Source: Bryobacterales bacterium | GTDB lineage: Bacteria > Acidobacteriota > Terriglobia > Bryobacterales > Bryobacteraceae | DNA: 64,000 bases | Assembly (NCBI GenBank): GCA_963722155.1 | Contig: CAVRLR010000001.1 | Location: forward strand, 354,292 to 418,291 | Direction of reading: 5' to 3' | In this document: positions 11,260 to 19,289 of the stretch, one piece after another | Layout of the letters: each line of letters begins with the position of its first letter | Numbering within the stretch: the first letter of the stretch is position 1 | Notes under the pieces: model-generated | Database searches by the model: none | What the model saw: the letters and a program-made list of their open reading frames with translations, nothing else | What the model was told of the DNA's origin: nothing | Translations under genes and position numbers: made by a program

Positions 11260-11287
11260 CTCCTGGCTCCTAACTCCTGACCCCTGA

Positions 11288-13768
11288 CTACAGTGTCCGG
11301 CTGTAAAGCTGAAACGGAGCCCAGTAGTAGGGCTTGCGGTATTGCGTCTTGAGCAGTTTCAACTTGGCGCTGCGGAGGGCGGCCGGATACGATTCGCCAG
11401 AGTCGACGGCGGCGTAGAAGTAGCCCATAAAGACGGCCGTCGAACGATCGTTGACGTCCCATAGACTGGTCACAACATTGCGGGCGCCAGCCTCGAAGAA
11501 CGCCCACGCGAATCCGACGAGTCCTTCACCCGAAAGCGTGCGGGTGCCAGCGCCGCGACAGGCGGAGATCGTGACAAGATCGGCGTCCAGAGGGATCTCC
11601 GCCACGTCGCGCGCATAGAGCCTGTATCTATTCCCGCTTGGCGAGAGAATGATGGCCGAGTCGAGCGGACTTTGCTCGTTGGCGTCGGCATGGGTAACGA
11701 AATGGATCGTGGAAAAACGCCGGGGTTGTGCAGAACGATATGCTTGGGGCACAGCGGCAGCTTGTGTGAACACTGCAGTGTGCGCGGACGGGAAATAGCG
11801 GCGTACTTGTTGGATTTCGCTCGCAGCATTCGGAAGCGGTTCGAACCCGGTGCCGGTCATTATGGGATCGCCCATGAGCAGGAGTGAACGGCTGCGAGCA
11901 CTCGAAGCACGCCCTATCTGCAGGCTGCCTAGCGACGGAGCCACCGACAAAGTTACATCTTCGATCCAATAATGAGGAACGGGGCCTGGGAGCAGGAGCG
12001 TTTCGAGGTTCAAACTGTGCAGAGATCCGTCGGGAATGAACACGATCTGGCTGCCCTTGGCAATATAAGGCGCCGCAGGACTGACTAACATGTCGTAGAG
12101 CCTCCGCCCCACAGCGTTAGCGTCGGCGGCCGGATCACGTTTCTCCAGCTCGATCAGCGAACGGTAGGACTCGACCTCGCTATCTAATCGCGTTTTGCCT
12201 GGAAGGGGAACCAGGTTGAACGAATTGGGAGAAAGAATCCATAGATAGGAACGCTCCGGCGCGAGCCAATAAAAGAGGACCGTAGCGTGAGCCTCTTTGA
12301 GATCGCGTGCAATCTCGCTTAGGCTGGTCCGGCCTGTAAGGTTCTCGGTCAGCACACGGGCGCGGCTTGAGTCGGCGACCTCGAGTGCGCGCCATGGCTC
12401 ATTCCGCTTAACAAGGAGTTCGACATAAGCCTGATAGAACCGGATCAGGTGCGCGAGAAATGTAATTTTGTATTCACTGCGGACCTGGTTCGAACGATTG
12501 GCCTCAATCAACTGCAGCGCGCGCTCATAGCTGTTTGCCGCACCGTTGAAGTCGCCCTCGCCGGCATAGATCGCCGCCAGTCCGCCATAAGCCTGCCATT
12601 CGACATCGGGAACATTTTTGCCAGCGCCCAGAGCTTCCAAATAGGCTAGTCTCGCTTCCTGATAATGTCCCCGGCGGTCGGCGATCAGGGCTCGGTTGAG
12701 GTAGGCATAGGCAATCTGTTCCTTGTCGTCTTTACTGCAGGCATCGAAAGCCTGCTGGTTGTAGCGCTCGGCTTCGTCAAGAGAGCCGGCCTCTTCGAGC
12801 GCCTGGGCAATAGAGGCGGCGGCAATAGAAAACTGGGCAGGAGAATCGCGTCGGTTGACTAGAGCAAGCGCCTGGTGGAAATAGCCGAGCGCTTTGGCGT
12901 TCTCCCCTTGCACCAAATGAATATTGCCGAGTTCAAGGTAGCTGTCTTTCAAAGATGTAGCTAGCCCCGCATCCTTTTGTAAGCTGACGGCTTGTAACCG
13001 CGCTTTGAGGGCCCGTGGAAGATCGCCGAGATTGTAAAAGCAGGTCGCGATATTGCCTATGGCGTAAGAATTCAGGACGGCAGCTCCGATCTTGGTTGCG
13101 ATACGGCTCGAATCCTGGAAATACGGGATGGCATCGCCATAGTGAGCGCGAACGACAAACGTCATTCCCAGATTCAGAAGCGCAGCGCTTCTCTGATAGG
13201 CGAGGTGGTTGGCGGTTGCGATCTCGAGAGCGGCGCGGGATGCCGCCTCAGCCTTTACCCGATCTTTCAGGAATGCGCCAAGCAGTAATTCCGTATCCGC
13301 TTCCACCTCGAAATCGGCAAGGGAATGCGCTTCGCTGGCCGCGCGCCGTAGCAGTCGCTCGCCACCGGCGTAATCCTGATGCCGAAACATCACGTAGCCT
13401 TGAAGCTTTTCGTATGCAGGCAGTAAATGCGGAAAGTTTGGCGGAGGAGGAGTGGCGAGTAGTGGCCCAGCCCGTTGCGTTTCCCCGTTGTACAGAAGCA
13501 TCTCCGCAAGAAGCAATTTGAATTTCCAATGCCATTCGGAGCGGGGTTGATGTTCGAAAGCCTTATAGCCGGCGGATGCAAATCCGCGCGCGCTGGAGAA
13601 CTGGCCTTTCACCGATGCCGCGCGCGTCGATTCGAAAAGTGTTTCGGGCGGGCGCGCGCAGCTTGTGAGCAGAAGGAGACAACTAAAGATCTGAAAACTG
13701 TGGCGGCCACGTACTGCCGTTGCCCTGCGCTTCGCACGCCGACATGTCTCCGCCATAGCTGGAACCAA
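11288..13768 (-). CDS. TPR-repeat CHAT-domain protease with a lipoprotein-like signal
   Basis: 826 aa. The N-terminus is basic, followed by FQIFSCLLLLTSC. About 550 aa of TPR-like repeats come next. The C-terminal CHAT domain keeps the dyad contexts IHFVTHAD and LVTISACRGAG, and ends YYWAPFQLY. Confidence 0.9.
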   Translation of the reverse strand: MVPAMAETCRRAKRRATAVRGRHSFQIFSCLLLLTSCARPPETLFESTRAASVKGQFSSARGFASAGYKAFEHQPRSEWHWKFKLLLAEMLLYNGETQRAGPLLATPPPPNFPHLLPAYEKLQGYVMFRHQDYAGGERLLRRAASEAHSLADFEVEADTELLLGAFLKDRVKAEAASRAALEIATANHLAYQRSAALLNLGMTFVVRAHYGDAIPYFQDSSRIATKIGAAVLNSYAIGNIATCFYNLGDLPRALKARLQAVSLQKDAGLATSLKDSYLELGNIHLVQGENAKALGYFHQALALVNRRDSPAQFSIAAASIAQALEEAGSLDEAERYNQQAFDACSKDDKEQIAYAYLNRALIADRRGHYQEARLAYLEALGAGKNVPDVEWQAYGGLAAIYAGEGDFNGAANSYERALQLIEANRSNQVRSEYKITFLAHLIRFYQAYVELLVKRNEPWRALEVADSSRARVLTENLTGRTSLSEIARDLKEAHATVLFYWLAPERSYLWILSPNSFNLVPLPGKTRLDSEVESYRSLIELEKRDPAADANAVGRRLYDMLVSPAAPYIAKGSQIVFIPDGSLHSLNLETLLLPGPVPHYWIEDVTLSVAPSLGSLQIGRASSARSRSLLLMGDPIMTGTGFEPLPNAASEIQQVRRYFPSAHTAVFTQAAAVPQAYRSAQPRRFSTIHFVTHADANEQSPLDSAIILSPSGNRYRLYARDVAEIPLDADLVTISACRGAGTRTLSGEGLVGFAWAFFEAGARNVVTSLWDVNDRSTAVFMGYFYAAVDSGESYPAALRSAKLKLLKTQYRKPYYWAPFQLYSRTL

Positions 13769-14567
13769 GTTGAAAGCGTATCAGGGTTACCCGCCTGTAG
13801 TTCTCTTCGATGAAAATCTCGCCGAAATACAGTGTTCCAAGCCCTTCGATCTTCATCCGGTTCGTGCCGATAAAGTCGGTTTTATCTGGCTTTTTGCCTT
13901 GCCACTCGAGGCCTGTGACCACGGTCCCGTAAATCATTCCCTTCGAATTGGGAATCTCATTGCGGCCCGTTGGCCCGCCAGTTGGGAAAAACAAGTTCCC
14001 ATAACGCTTGCGAAAATCGCCGTCCTTTTCATAGCGCTGGACCAGCTTGGCTTTGGTTTCGTGCTGCGAAAAGACGTCTGCAACTGTATTCACTTTGAGC
14101 GGCACACCGTCCACCGAGACCTCAGTGAAAGTCGTCTCAAGTGAACGGAAGGCAATGGGATTCCGGCGATCGGAAGCGCTCTCAAGACGAACATGCAACT
14201 GCTTGACGGCGAAAACGCGGCGCCCCTTGCCCGTGTCGAGCGGCACATCAATCTTGAGGCCGTCCACGGAAGATTCGACGAACGTATGAGTGGAAAGTCC
14301 GTTTTGTCCGTGATTGCCGTTTGTAAATCCGGCCGCGCTGTGGATATCGGCGAAGTCGCCTAGCGTGCGGCTGGATGCCGACTCAAAGGAAATAATTTCG
14401 TGGAAATTTTGGCCGCTCGCCTGTACTTCCGCCAGACCACCGGTTACTGGCAGAGCTGTGGGCGCAACAGCACGGATGAACAGATCGTTGGGCCGCCGGA
14501 TGTGGGCGGCCAGCGCCACGGCGGCGCCATTAAAAATGAATCGCTTCTCTACGAGCGGATTATCCAT
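13683..14567 (-). CDS. hypothetical 294-aa protein sitting between the anti-sigma and CHAT genes
   Basis: Uninterrupted ORF. Its ATG overlaps the anti-sigma stop (ATGGATAA) and its last 86 nt overlap the CHAT ORF out of frame. It has no TM segment, no signal peptide and no motif I can name. Confidence 0.7.
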   Translation of the reverse strand: MDNPLVEKRFIFNGAAVALAAHIRRPNDLFIRAVAPTALPVTGGLAEVQASGQNFHEIISFESASSRTLGDFADIHSAAGFTNGNHGQNGLSTHTFVESSVDGLKIDVPLDTGKGRRVFAVKQLHVRLESASDRRNPIAFRSLETTFTEVSVDGVPLKVNTVADVFSQHETKAKLVQRYEKDGDFRKRYGNLFFPTGGPTGRNEIPNSKGMIYGTVVTGLEWQGKKPDKTDFIGTNRMKIEGLGTLYFGEIFIEENYRRVTLIRFQLGSSYGGDMSACEAQGNGSTWPPQFSDL

Positions 14568-15240
14568 GAGGCTCCTTGTCCTGAATCGCGAACGAAAAAC
14601 GGCTCAGTACCGTTTCGGGCTGCGAAGCGGGTCTTAAGATCATCACATAATGGCCCGGAGGAAATTGACTGGTGGGCAGGAGTACTTCTAGGGTAAATGC
14701 CGCGACTTTCCGCGGACCGGAATTCACCTGAACGACCGAGCCTTTGCCTTCAGTCTGAAAATCGCAGACATAGGAGGGATAGGCCTGCGGAGAATCCACA
14801 TCGAAGCTGAGGTTGAACATGGGTGAGCGGCGGTCAATCGCGACGACCGGCCCGCTGTCGCGAGCAGCCGAAGGAATAGGCACCGTTTCAAGAGCCTGCG
14901 GCCTCGTAAGGCCGGGTATGTAGACGAAATTCTGGTAGCCGACGACCAGCGCAAGAGCCAGCGCGGCGATTGAGGGAACGAGCGTTGCGGGCCTGAGCCA
15001 GCTTAGCCAGTTCTTGCGAGCTTGGGTGGCCGTGGACACACACTGCTCCGCAGTCTCCCTCTGCTCGTCGAGCAGCACTTGTTTGAGATTGTCAATCGCG
15101 ATCACATCCTGCCTGAGTTGGTCGGCACACGTTTGGCATTCAAAGTAATGGGCTTCGAATTCCAGTCTCTCCGTCTCGCTCATTTCATTTAGCAGGTATT
15201 TATCGACCGCTTGGGTCTGTTCTGCCAATTGGTGGTTCAT
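14560..15240 (-). CDS. anti-sigma factor (zf-HC2-like N-terminus, one TM helix, extracytoplasmic domain)
   Basis: EAHYFECQTCADQL zinc-type motif, TM segment LVPSIAALALALVVGY, and about 110 aa C-terminal to it. The gene lies 42 nt downstream of the ECF sigma gene. Confidence 0.75.
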   Translation of the reverse strand: MNHQLAEQTQAVDKYLLNEMSETERLEFEAHYFECQTCADQLRQDVIAIDNLKQVLLDEQRETAEQCVSTATQARKNWLSWLRPATLVPSIAALALALVVGYQNFVYIPGLTRPQALETVPIPSAARDSGPVVAIDRRSPMFNLSFDVDSPQAYPSYVCDFQTEGKGSVVQVNSGPRKVAAFTLEVLLPTSQFPPGHYVMILRPASQPETVLSRFSFAIQDKEPHG

Positions 15241-15282
15241 AGCGTCTGTCCATTAGTGAGAGAGCCCCACCGGACGTTTCAC

Positions 15283-15948
15283 TCAGCTTACTGCCGTCGC
15301 CATGGATTTAATGCCTGTATCTTTTTCGAGGGCGCTTCGAAACCGGGCCAGAGCGCGGTGTACGCGAACGCGCAAATAGTCGCGGTCGATACCTAACTCA
15401 TGGCAGATCTCATCTTTGTCACGGTCCTCGAGAAATACCTTTCGCAGAACGGCTCGATCGGTCTCGGAGAGCTTATCTAACACGTGCCGAATGAGCCTCT
15501 TGCGCTCCGCCGTGATGCATTCCGAATCGGCGCTGGCCGATTCATCTTCCGGTTCGGGCGCATTTTCCGGGGGTTGCTGGTAGCGGCTTCCCGCGCGAAA
15601 GAATTCCGACAGCACGTTATCGCAGACCGCATTCACGAACGCACCCAGGCGTTCCGGGTGCTCAAGACCGCCCTTGTTGCGCAGTACGTTCAGTACGCGG
15701 AGGAACGTTTCCTGGCGAGCATCGTCGACCAGATGGGAGGAGCGCAAACGACAGCGCAATTTAATGGAAAGCAGTTCACCAAAATAGCGGCTGAAATGCC
15801 GTTCCGTCTCGGCGTCCCCGTCGATCAGCCGATTTACGTAGCTTTCGTCGAATGACTGGCGCTCCAAGGTTCCTCTGACGCGATAGACACGATGGTACAA
15901 CGACGGGCTGGCCGAATTACTCGAGAAATCCTGCGTAACAGCGGACAT
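15283..15948 (-). CDS. ECF-type RNA polymerase sigma-70 family factor
   Basis: Region 2 (DDARQETFLRVL...FVNAVCDNVLSEFFR) and region 4 (LSETDRAVLRKVFLEDRDKDEICHELGIDRDYLRVRVHRALARFR). Confidence 0.9.
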   Translation of the reverse strand: MSAVTQDFSSNSASPSLYHRVYRVRGTLERQSFDESYVNRLIDGDAETERHFSRYFGELLSIKLRCRLRSSHLVDDARQETFLRVLNVLRNKGGLEHPERLGAFVNAVCDNVLSEFFRAGSRYQQPPENAPEPEDESASADSECITAERKRLIRHVLDKLSETDRAVLRKVFLEDRDKDEICHELGIDRDYLRVRVHRALARFRSALEKDTGIKSMATAVS

Positions 15949-16075
15949 GAGGCTTGATGCCGCTTGGTGAAGGCTGGCGCACCAGCGTTTCAGCCCGGCG
16001 TTGTAATTTTTTTCGACATTTCCGCCGGAATTTCTGGTCGATCAGACATTTAGCCGGACAATATGTGAGTAATAA

Positions 16076-16948
16076 GTGCAATTTGTCGTCGGGATTGTAT
16101 TCCGACTCTCGCCGGCTCCGCCCCCGCCTAGACTAAAGAATGTGGCGGACAGACCGATTGTTGCAATTACCGGCGCATCGAGTGGTATTGGTGCAGTATT
16201 CGCACGAAAGCTGGCGGCGGAACACGATCTGCTATTAATCGCTCGCCGTAAGGAGCGGCTCGAAGAACTGGCTGGGGAGCTTACAGCGGCGCACCCCACA
16301 GACATTGAAATTTTACCGGCTGACCTGGCCGAGGAGAGCGATCTCGAGAGCGTGGCGTCGCGGATTCGCGGCGAATCGCGCCTCGCCCTTTTAGTCAACA
16401 ATGCGGGTTTTGGCACCAAGGGCTTATTCTGGGAAGCTGATTTGGCCTCCCAGGAGCGTATGCACAGACTGCACGTGATGGCGACAGTGCGTTTGACACA
16501 TGCCGTACTGCGGAATATGATCGCGCGCGATTTTGGAGGAATCATCAATGTGGCTTCTGTATCCGCGTTCCTAAGGAGCCCCGGATCAGTAAGCTATGGT
16601 GCAACCAAGAGTTGGATGACGGTCTTTACGGAAGGGCTTTATCTCGAACTGAAGAACGCAAGATCGAACGTAACCGTGCAAGCACTCTGCCCGGGCTTCA
16701 CGTATTCTGAGTTCCACGACACAATGGCGGTGAGCCGCAGCCGGCTCGCCGGACCGAAATTTTGGATGAGCGCGGAGGCGGTTGTCGACGCATCGCTCGA
16801 TGGGTTGCGGCGCCGCAAATTATTTGTCATTCCCGGCTGGCGGTACCGGCTACTCACCACCGTGCTTTCCAAACTTCCGACCGCGGCGCGTCTCGGCGTC
16901 GAGGCAGCGGCAGGGCGAGCGAAACTAGCTCGACAACTACATGATTGA
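16076..16948 (+). CDS. SDR family oxidoreductase
   Basis: ITGASSGIGAVFARKLA, NNAG and the YGATKSW catalytic motif. The track start at 16076 is GTG, and an in-frame GTG at 16142 just before the Rossmann motif is an alternative start. Confidence 0.85.
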   Translation: MQFVVGIVFRLSPAPPPPRLKNVADRPIVAITGASSGIGAVFARKLAAEHDLLLIARRKERLEELAGELTAAHPTDIEILPADLAEESDLESVASRIRGESRLALLVNNAGFGTKGLFWEADLASQERMHRLHVMATVRLTHAVLRNMIARDFGGIINVASVSAFLRSPGSVSYGATKSWMTVFTEGLYLELKNARSNVTVQALCPGFTYSEFHDTMAVSRSRLAGPKFWMSAEAVVDASLDGLRRRKLFVIPGWRYRLLTTVLSKLPTAARLGVEAAAGRAKLARQLHD

Positions 16949-17438
16949 AGCCGGAGATCCTGTCAAGATGCACGTTGAGCCCTTCCTTGTCTTAGGAATT
17001 GAGGCACGTACAACCAATGCACGGGAAATGGGTGGACATGGCGCGATCGGCGCTCTGTGGGGAAGACTCATGAACGACGATTTTCTGGCGAACATTCCGC
17101 ATCGCGTAGACAACCATGTCATCGCCGTGTATAGCAACTATGAAAGTGACAAAGACGGCGAGTACAGCTACCTCCTCGGCGTACGAGTGAACTCCATCGA
17201 AAAGGTACCGGAGGAAATGGCATCGTGCCAAATCGTGACGGGTGAGTATGGGATGTTCACAGCGACCGGCGGACCGCCGGCAGAGATGATCGTCGGCATT
17301 TGGAAACAGATCTGGTCGCTCGAAGCTGGCAGAAAGTTGGAGCGGGCGTATCGGACGGATTTCGAGATCTATTCCAGCGGCACGACACCGTCCGATACGT
17401 TGGTCGACGTTTATATTGGCCTGCTACTGCAAGGCTGA
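16941..17438 (+). CDS. GyrI-like / AraC-effector-binding-fold small-molecule-binding protein
   Basis: 165 aa. FLVLGIEARTTN...VIAVYSNYESDKDGEYSYLLGV...YRTDFEIY is typical of the GyrI-like family. An alternative start is the ATG at 16968. Confidence 0.65.
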   Translation: MIEAGDPVKMHVEPFLVLGIEARTTNAREMGGHGAIGALWGRLMNDDFLANIPHRVDNHVIAVYSNYESDKDGEYSYLLGVRVNSIEKVPEEMASCQIVTGEYGMFTATGGPPAEMIVGIWKQIWSLEAGRKLERAYRTDFEIYSSGTTPSDTLVDVYIGLLLQG

Positions 17439-18224
17439 TTGCTTGGGCAGCGCGCGCACAGCGCCGGTCGAGATTCCGCCGTCCACGAGCAGGATTTGGC
17501 CGGTAATATAACGGCTCGATTCGGCGGCAAGGAATACAACCGTGGAATCGAGGTCGTCGGGTTGGCCGGGGCGCTTCATCGGAATGCGATCGCTCAAATA
17601 CTCGACCCATTCTTTGTCTTCATACATCACTTTGTTCTGCTCCGTGCGGAACCAGCCGGGAGCAAGGCAGTTCACAGTAATGCCGAACTTACCCCAATCG
17701 TCGGCTAGGCTCATGGTCAACTGGCGAATTCCGCCACGGCTCGCGGTATAAGGGGCAAGGCCCGCGTAACCGGCAACACTGGTCACCGAACCAATGTTGA
17801 TGATGCGTCCGTACCCGCGCGGCACCATACGGCGCGCTATCGCCTGGGCTACAAAAAAGCTGCCCCGCAGGTTGGTGTCGAGGATCGCGTTCCAATCGTC
17901 CCAAGTAATATCGAGAGCCGGTTTGCGGATATTCATGCCGGCATTGTTCACAAGAATATCGATCTTGCCGTAGGCCTCTTCCGCGAGAGCCGCCATACGT
18001 TCGATACTTTCAGCGCTGCGAACATCCAGTTCGAGAGGAACCGCACGGCGGCCGAGCTTTTCTATTTCCGCTTGAAACGGCAGCAGGTCATCGCGATGAC
18101 GGCTGGTGATCACCAAATCGGCCCCGGCTTTGGCAAGTGCACGGCCAAAATATTGGCCAAGGCCGCGGCTGGTTCCCGTGACGACAGCAACACGGCCGGT
18201 AAGATCGAACAGTTCGTTACTCAT
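17424..18224 (-). CDS. SDR family oxidoreductase (gluconate 5-dehydrogenase / KduD-like)
   Basis: VVTGTSRGLG, NNAG, YTASRGG, and the tail ITGQILLVDGG. Confidence 0.85.
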   Translation of the reverse strand: MSNELFDLTGRVAVVTGTSRGLGQYFGRALAKAGADLVITSRHRDDLLPFQAEIEKLGRRAVPLELDVRSAESIERMAALAEEAYGKIDILVNNAGMNIRKPALDITWDDWNAILDTNLRGSFFVAQAIARRMVPRGYGRIINIGSVTSVAGYAGLAPYTASRGGIRQLTMSLADDWGKFGITVNCLAPGWFRTEQNKVMYEDKEWVEYLSDRIPMKRPGQPDDLDSTVVFLAAESSRYITGQILLVDGGISTGAVRALPKQSALQ

Positions 18225-19267
18225 TGCGGGAGACCTGGAGCGAGCACGACCTTCATTAAGTTAGGTTCCCGTGCATGCAGCCGATCGAACCAGCTTGGTC
18301 CTTCGGCAAGTGGAGCGACGATGGTAATGAGCGGTTTCACATCCACTGCACCGCGCGACAGCATTTCAATACACTTCGGGTATTCACCGGCCGAAGCGGC
18401 AGAGCCCTGCAATCGAATCTGACGGCTGACCACCATCTGCAGCGGAATTTCAACCGATGGCGCGACGTTGCCGATCAACACAACTGTGCCGCCCTTACGC
18501 ACGCTTTCGATGGCGCTCTTGATGGTAGGAGTGCTGCCGACTGCTTCAAGCGCCACATCGACGCCGGCGCCGGAGGTCCGCTTTAGGATTTCCGCGACCG
18601 CGTCGCCAGTCTTCGCGTTCACGGTTGAAGTCGCCCCGAGTTTGGCGGCGAGCGCGAGCCGAGTATCGTCGATGTCGGTGACGATGATTTGGGCACAACG
18701 AGCTTCGCGCAACGCTTGCAGAACCAGCAGCCCAATCATGCCTGCACCCACAACGACCGCTGTGGCTCCGGGTGGAATTTCCGCGAGCGAAACGGCATGC
18801 ACGGCCACAGCGAGTGGCTCGATCATGGCGGCTTCGGCAAACGGCACGTTGGCTGGCAAAGGATGAACCACGCGAGTGGGGACCACAACATATTCGGCAA
18901 ACGCGCCGGCGCGGCGATATTCCGGCGTCGAAACTCCCAGCACTTCGCGACGCTCGCAGAGATTCATTTCGCCTTTGCGGCAATAGTCGCAGACACCGCA
19001 ATAGATTGTGGAATCGAAAGTAACACGATCTCCCTCTGCGGGGCCCGCCGACTGTGCGCCGCGCGCGGCAATAGTTCCAGCGGCTTCATGCCCCATCACA
19101 ATCGGTGGAATCCGACGACCCGATCCGCCGTCGTAACCATGCACGTCGCTGCCGCAAATGCCGCAAGCTTCTACGCGAATGAGCACATCTTCTGGCCCCG
19201 GGCGCGGCATCGGAACGTCGACCATCTCCAGCCTTCCATATTCGGAAAGCAACAAAGCTTTCATCAT
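18221..19267 (-). CDS. zinc-dependent alcohol / polyol dehydrogenase (MDR family)
   Basis: MMKALLL... CGICGSDVHGY, GHEAAG and the GAGMIGL Rossmann motif. The track ORF extends to 19312, but the ATG at 19267 or 19264 fits the family N-terminus and avoids overlapping malQ. Confidence 0.85.
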   Translation of the reverse strand: MMKALLLSEYGRLEMVDVPMPRPGPEDVLIRVEACGICGSDVHGYDGGSGRRIPPIVMGHEAAGTIAARGAQSAGPAEGDRVTFDSTIYCGVCDYCRKGEMNLCERREVLGVSTPEYRRAGAFAEYVVVPTRVVHPLPANVPFAEAAMIEPLAVAVHAVSLAEIPPGATAVVVGAGMIGLLVLQALREARCAQIIVTDIDDTRLALAAKLGATSTVNAKTGDAVAEILKRTSGAGVDVALEAVGSTPTIKSAIESVRKGGTVVLIGNVAPSVEIPLQMVVSRQIRLQGSAASAGEYPKCIEMLSRGAVDVKPLITIVAPLAEGPSWFDRLHAREPNLMKVVLAPGLPQ

Positions 19268-19289
19268 GACTGGATGGTAGCGAATCAGG

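Noticed and set aside
11260-11287. Reiterated CTCCTG-like string between the convergent gdh-like and CHAT genes
   Set aside because: It is too short, forms no hairpin and does not recur elsewhere in the window.
13683-14567. The 294-aa protein as a bacterial gasdermin, because gasdermin genes sit just upstream of CHAT / caspase-like proteases and are of similar size
   Set aside because: I cannot see the N-terminal Cys or any sequence feature I can tie to gasdermins, and the adjacent CHAT protein looks exported. The idea is left as something a structure search could test, not as a call.
15997-16023. Candidate ECF-type promoter upstream of the sigma gene (minus sense GGAAAT, 16 nt, ACGCC)
   Set aside because: It only loosely resembles the GGAAC...CGT pattern, there is no second copy to compare with, and it could easily be chance.
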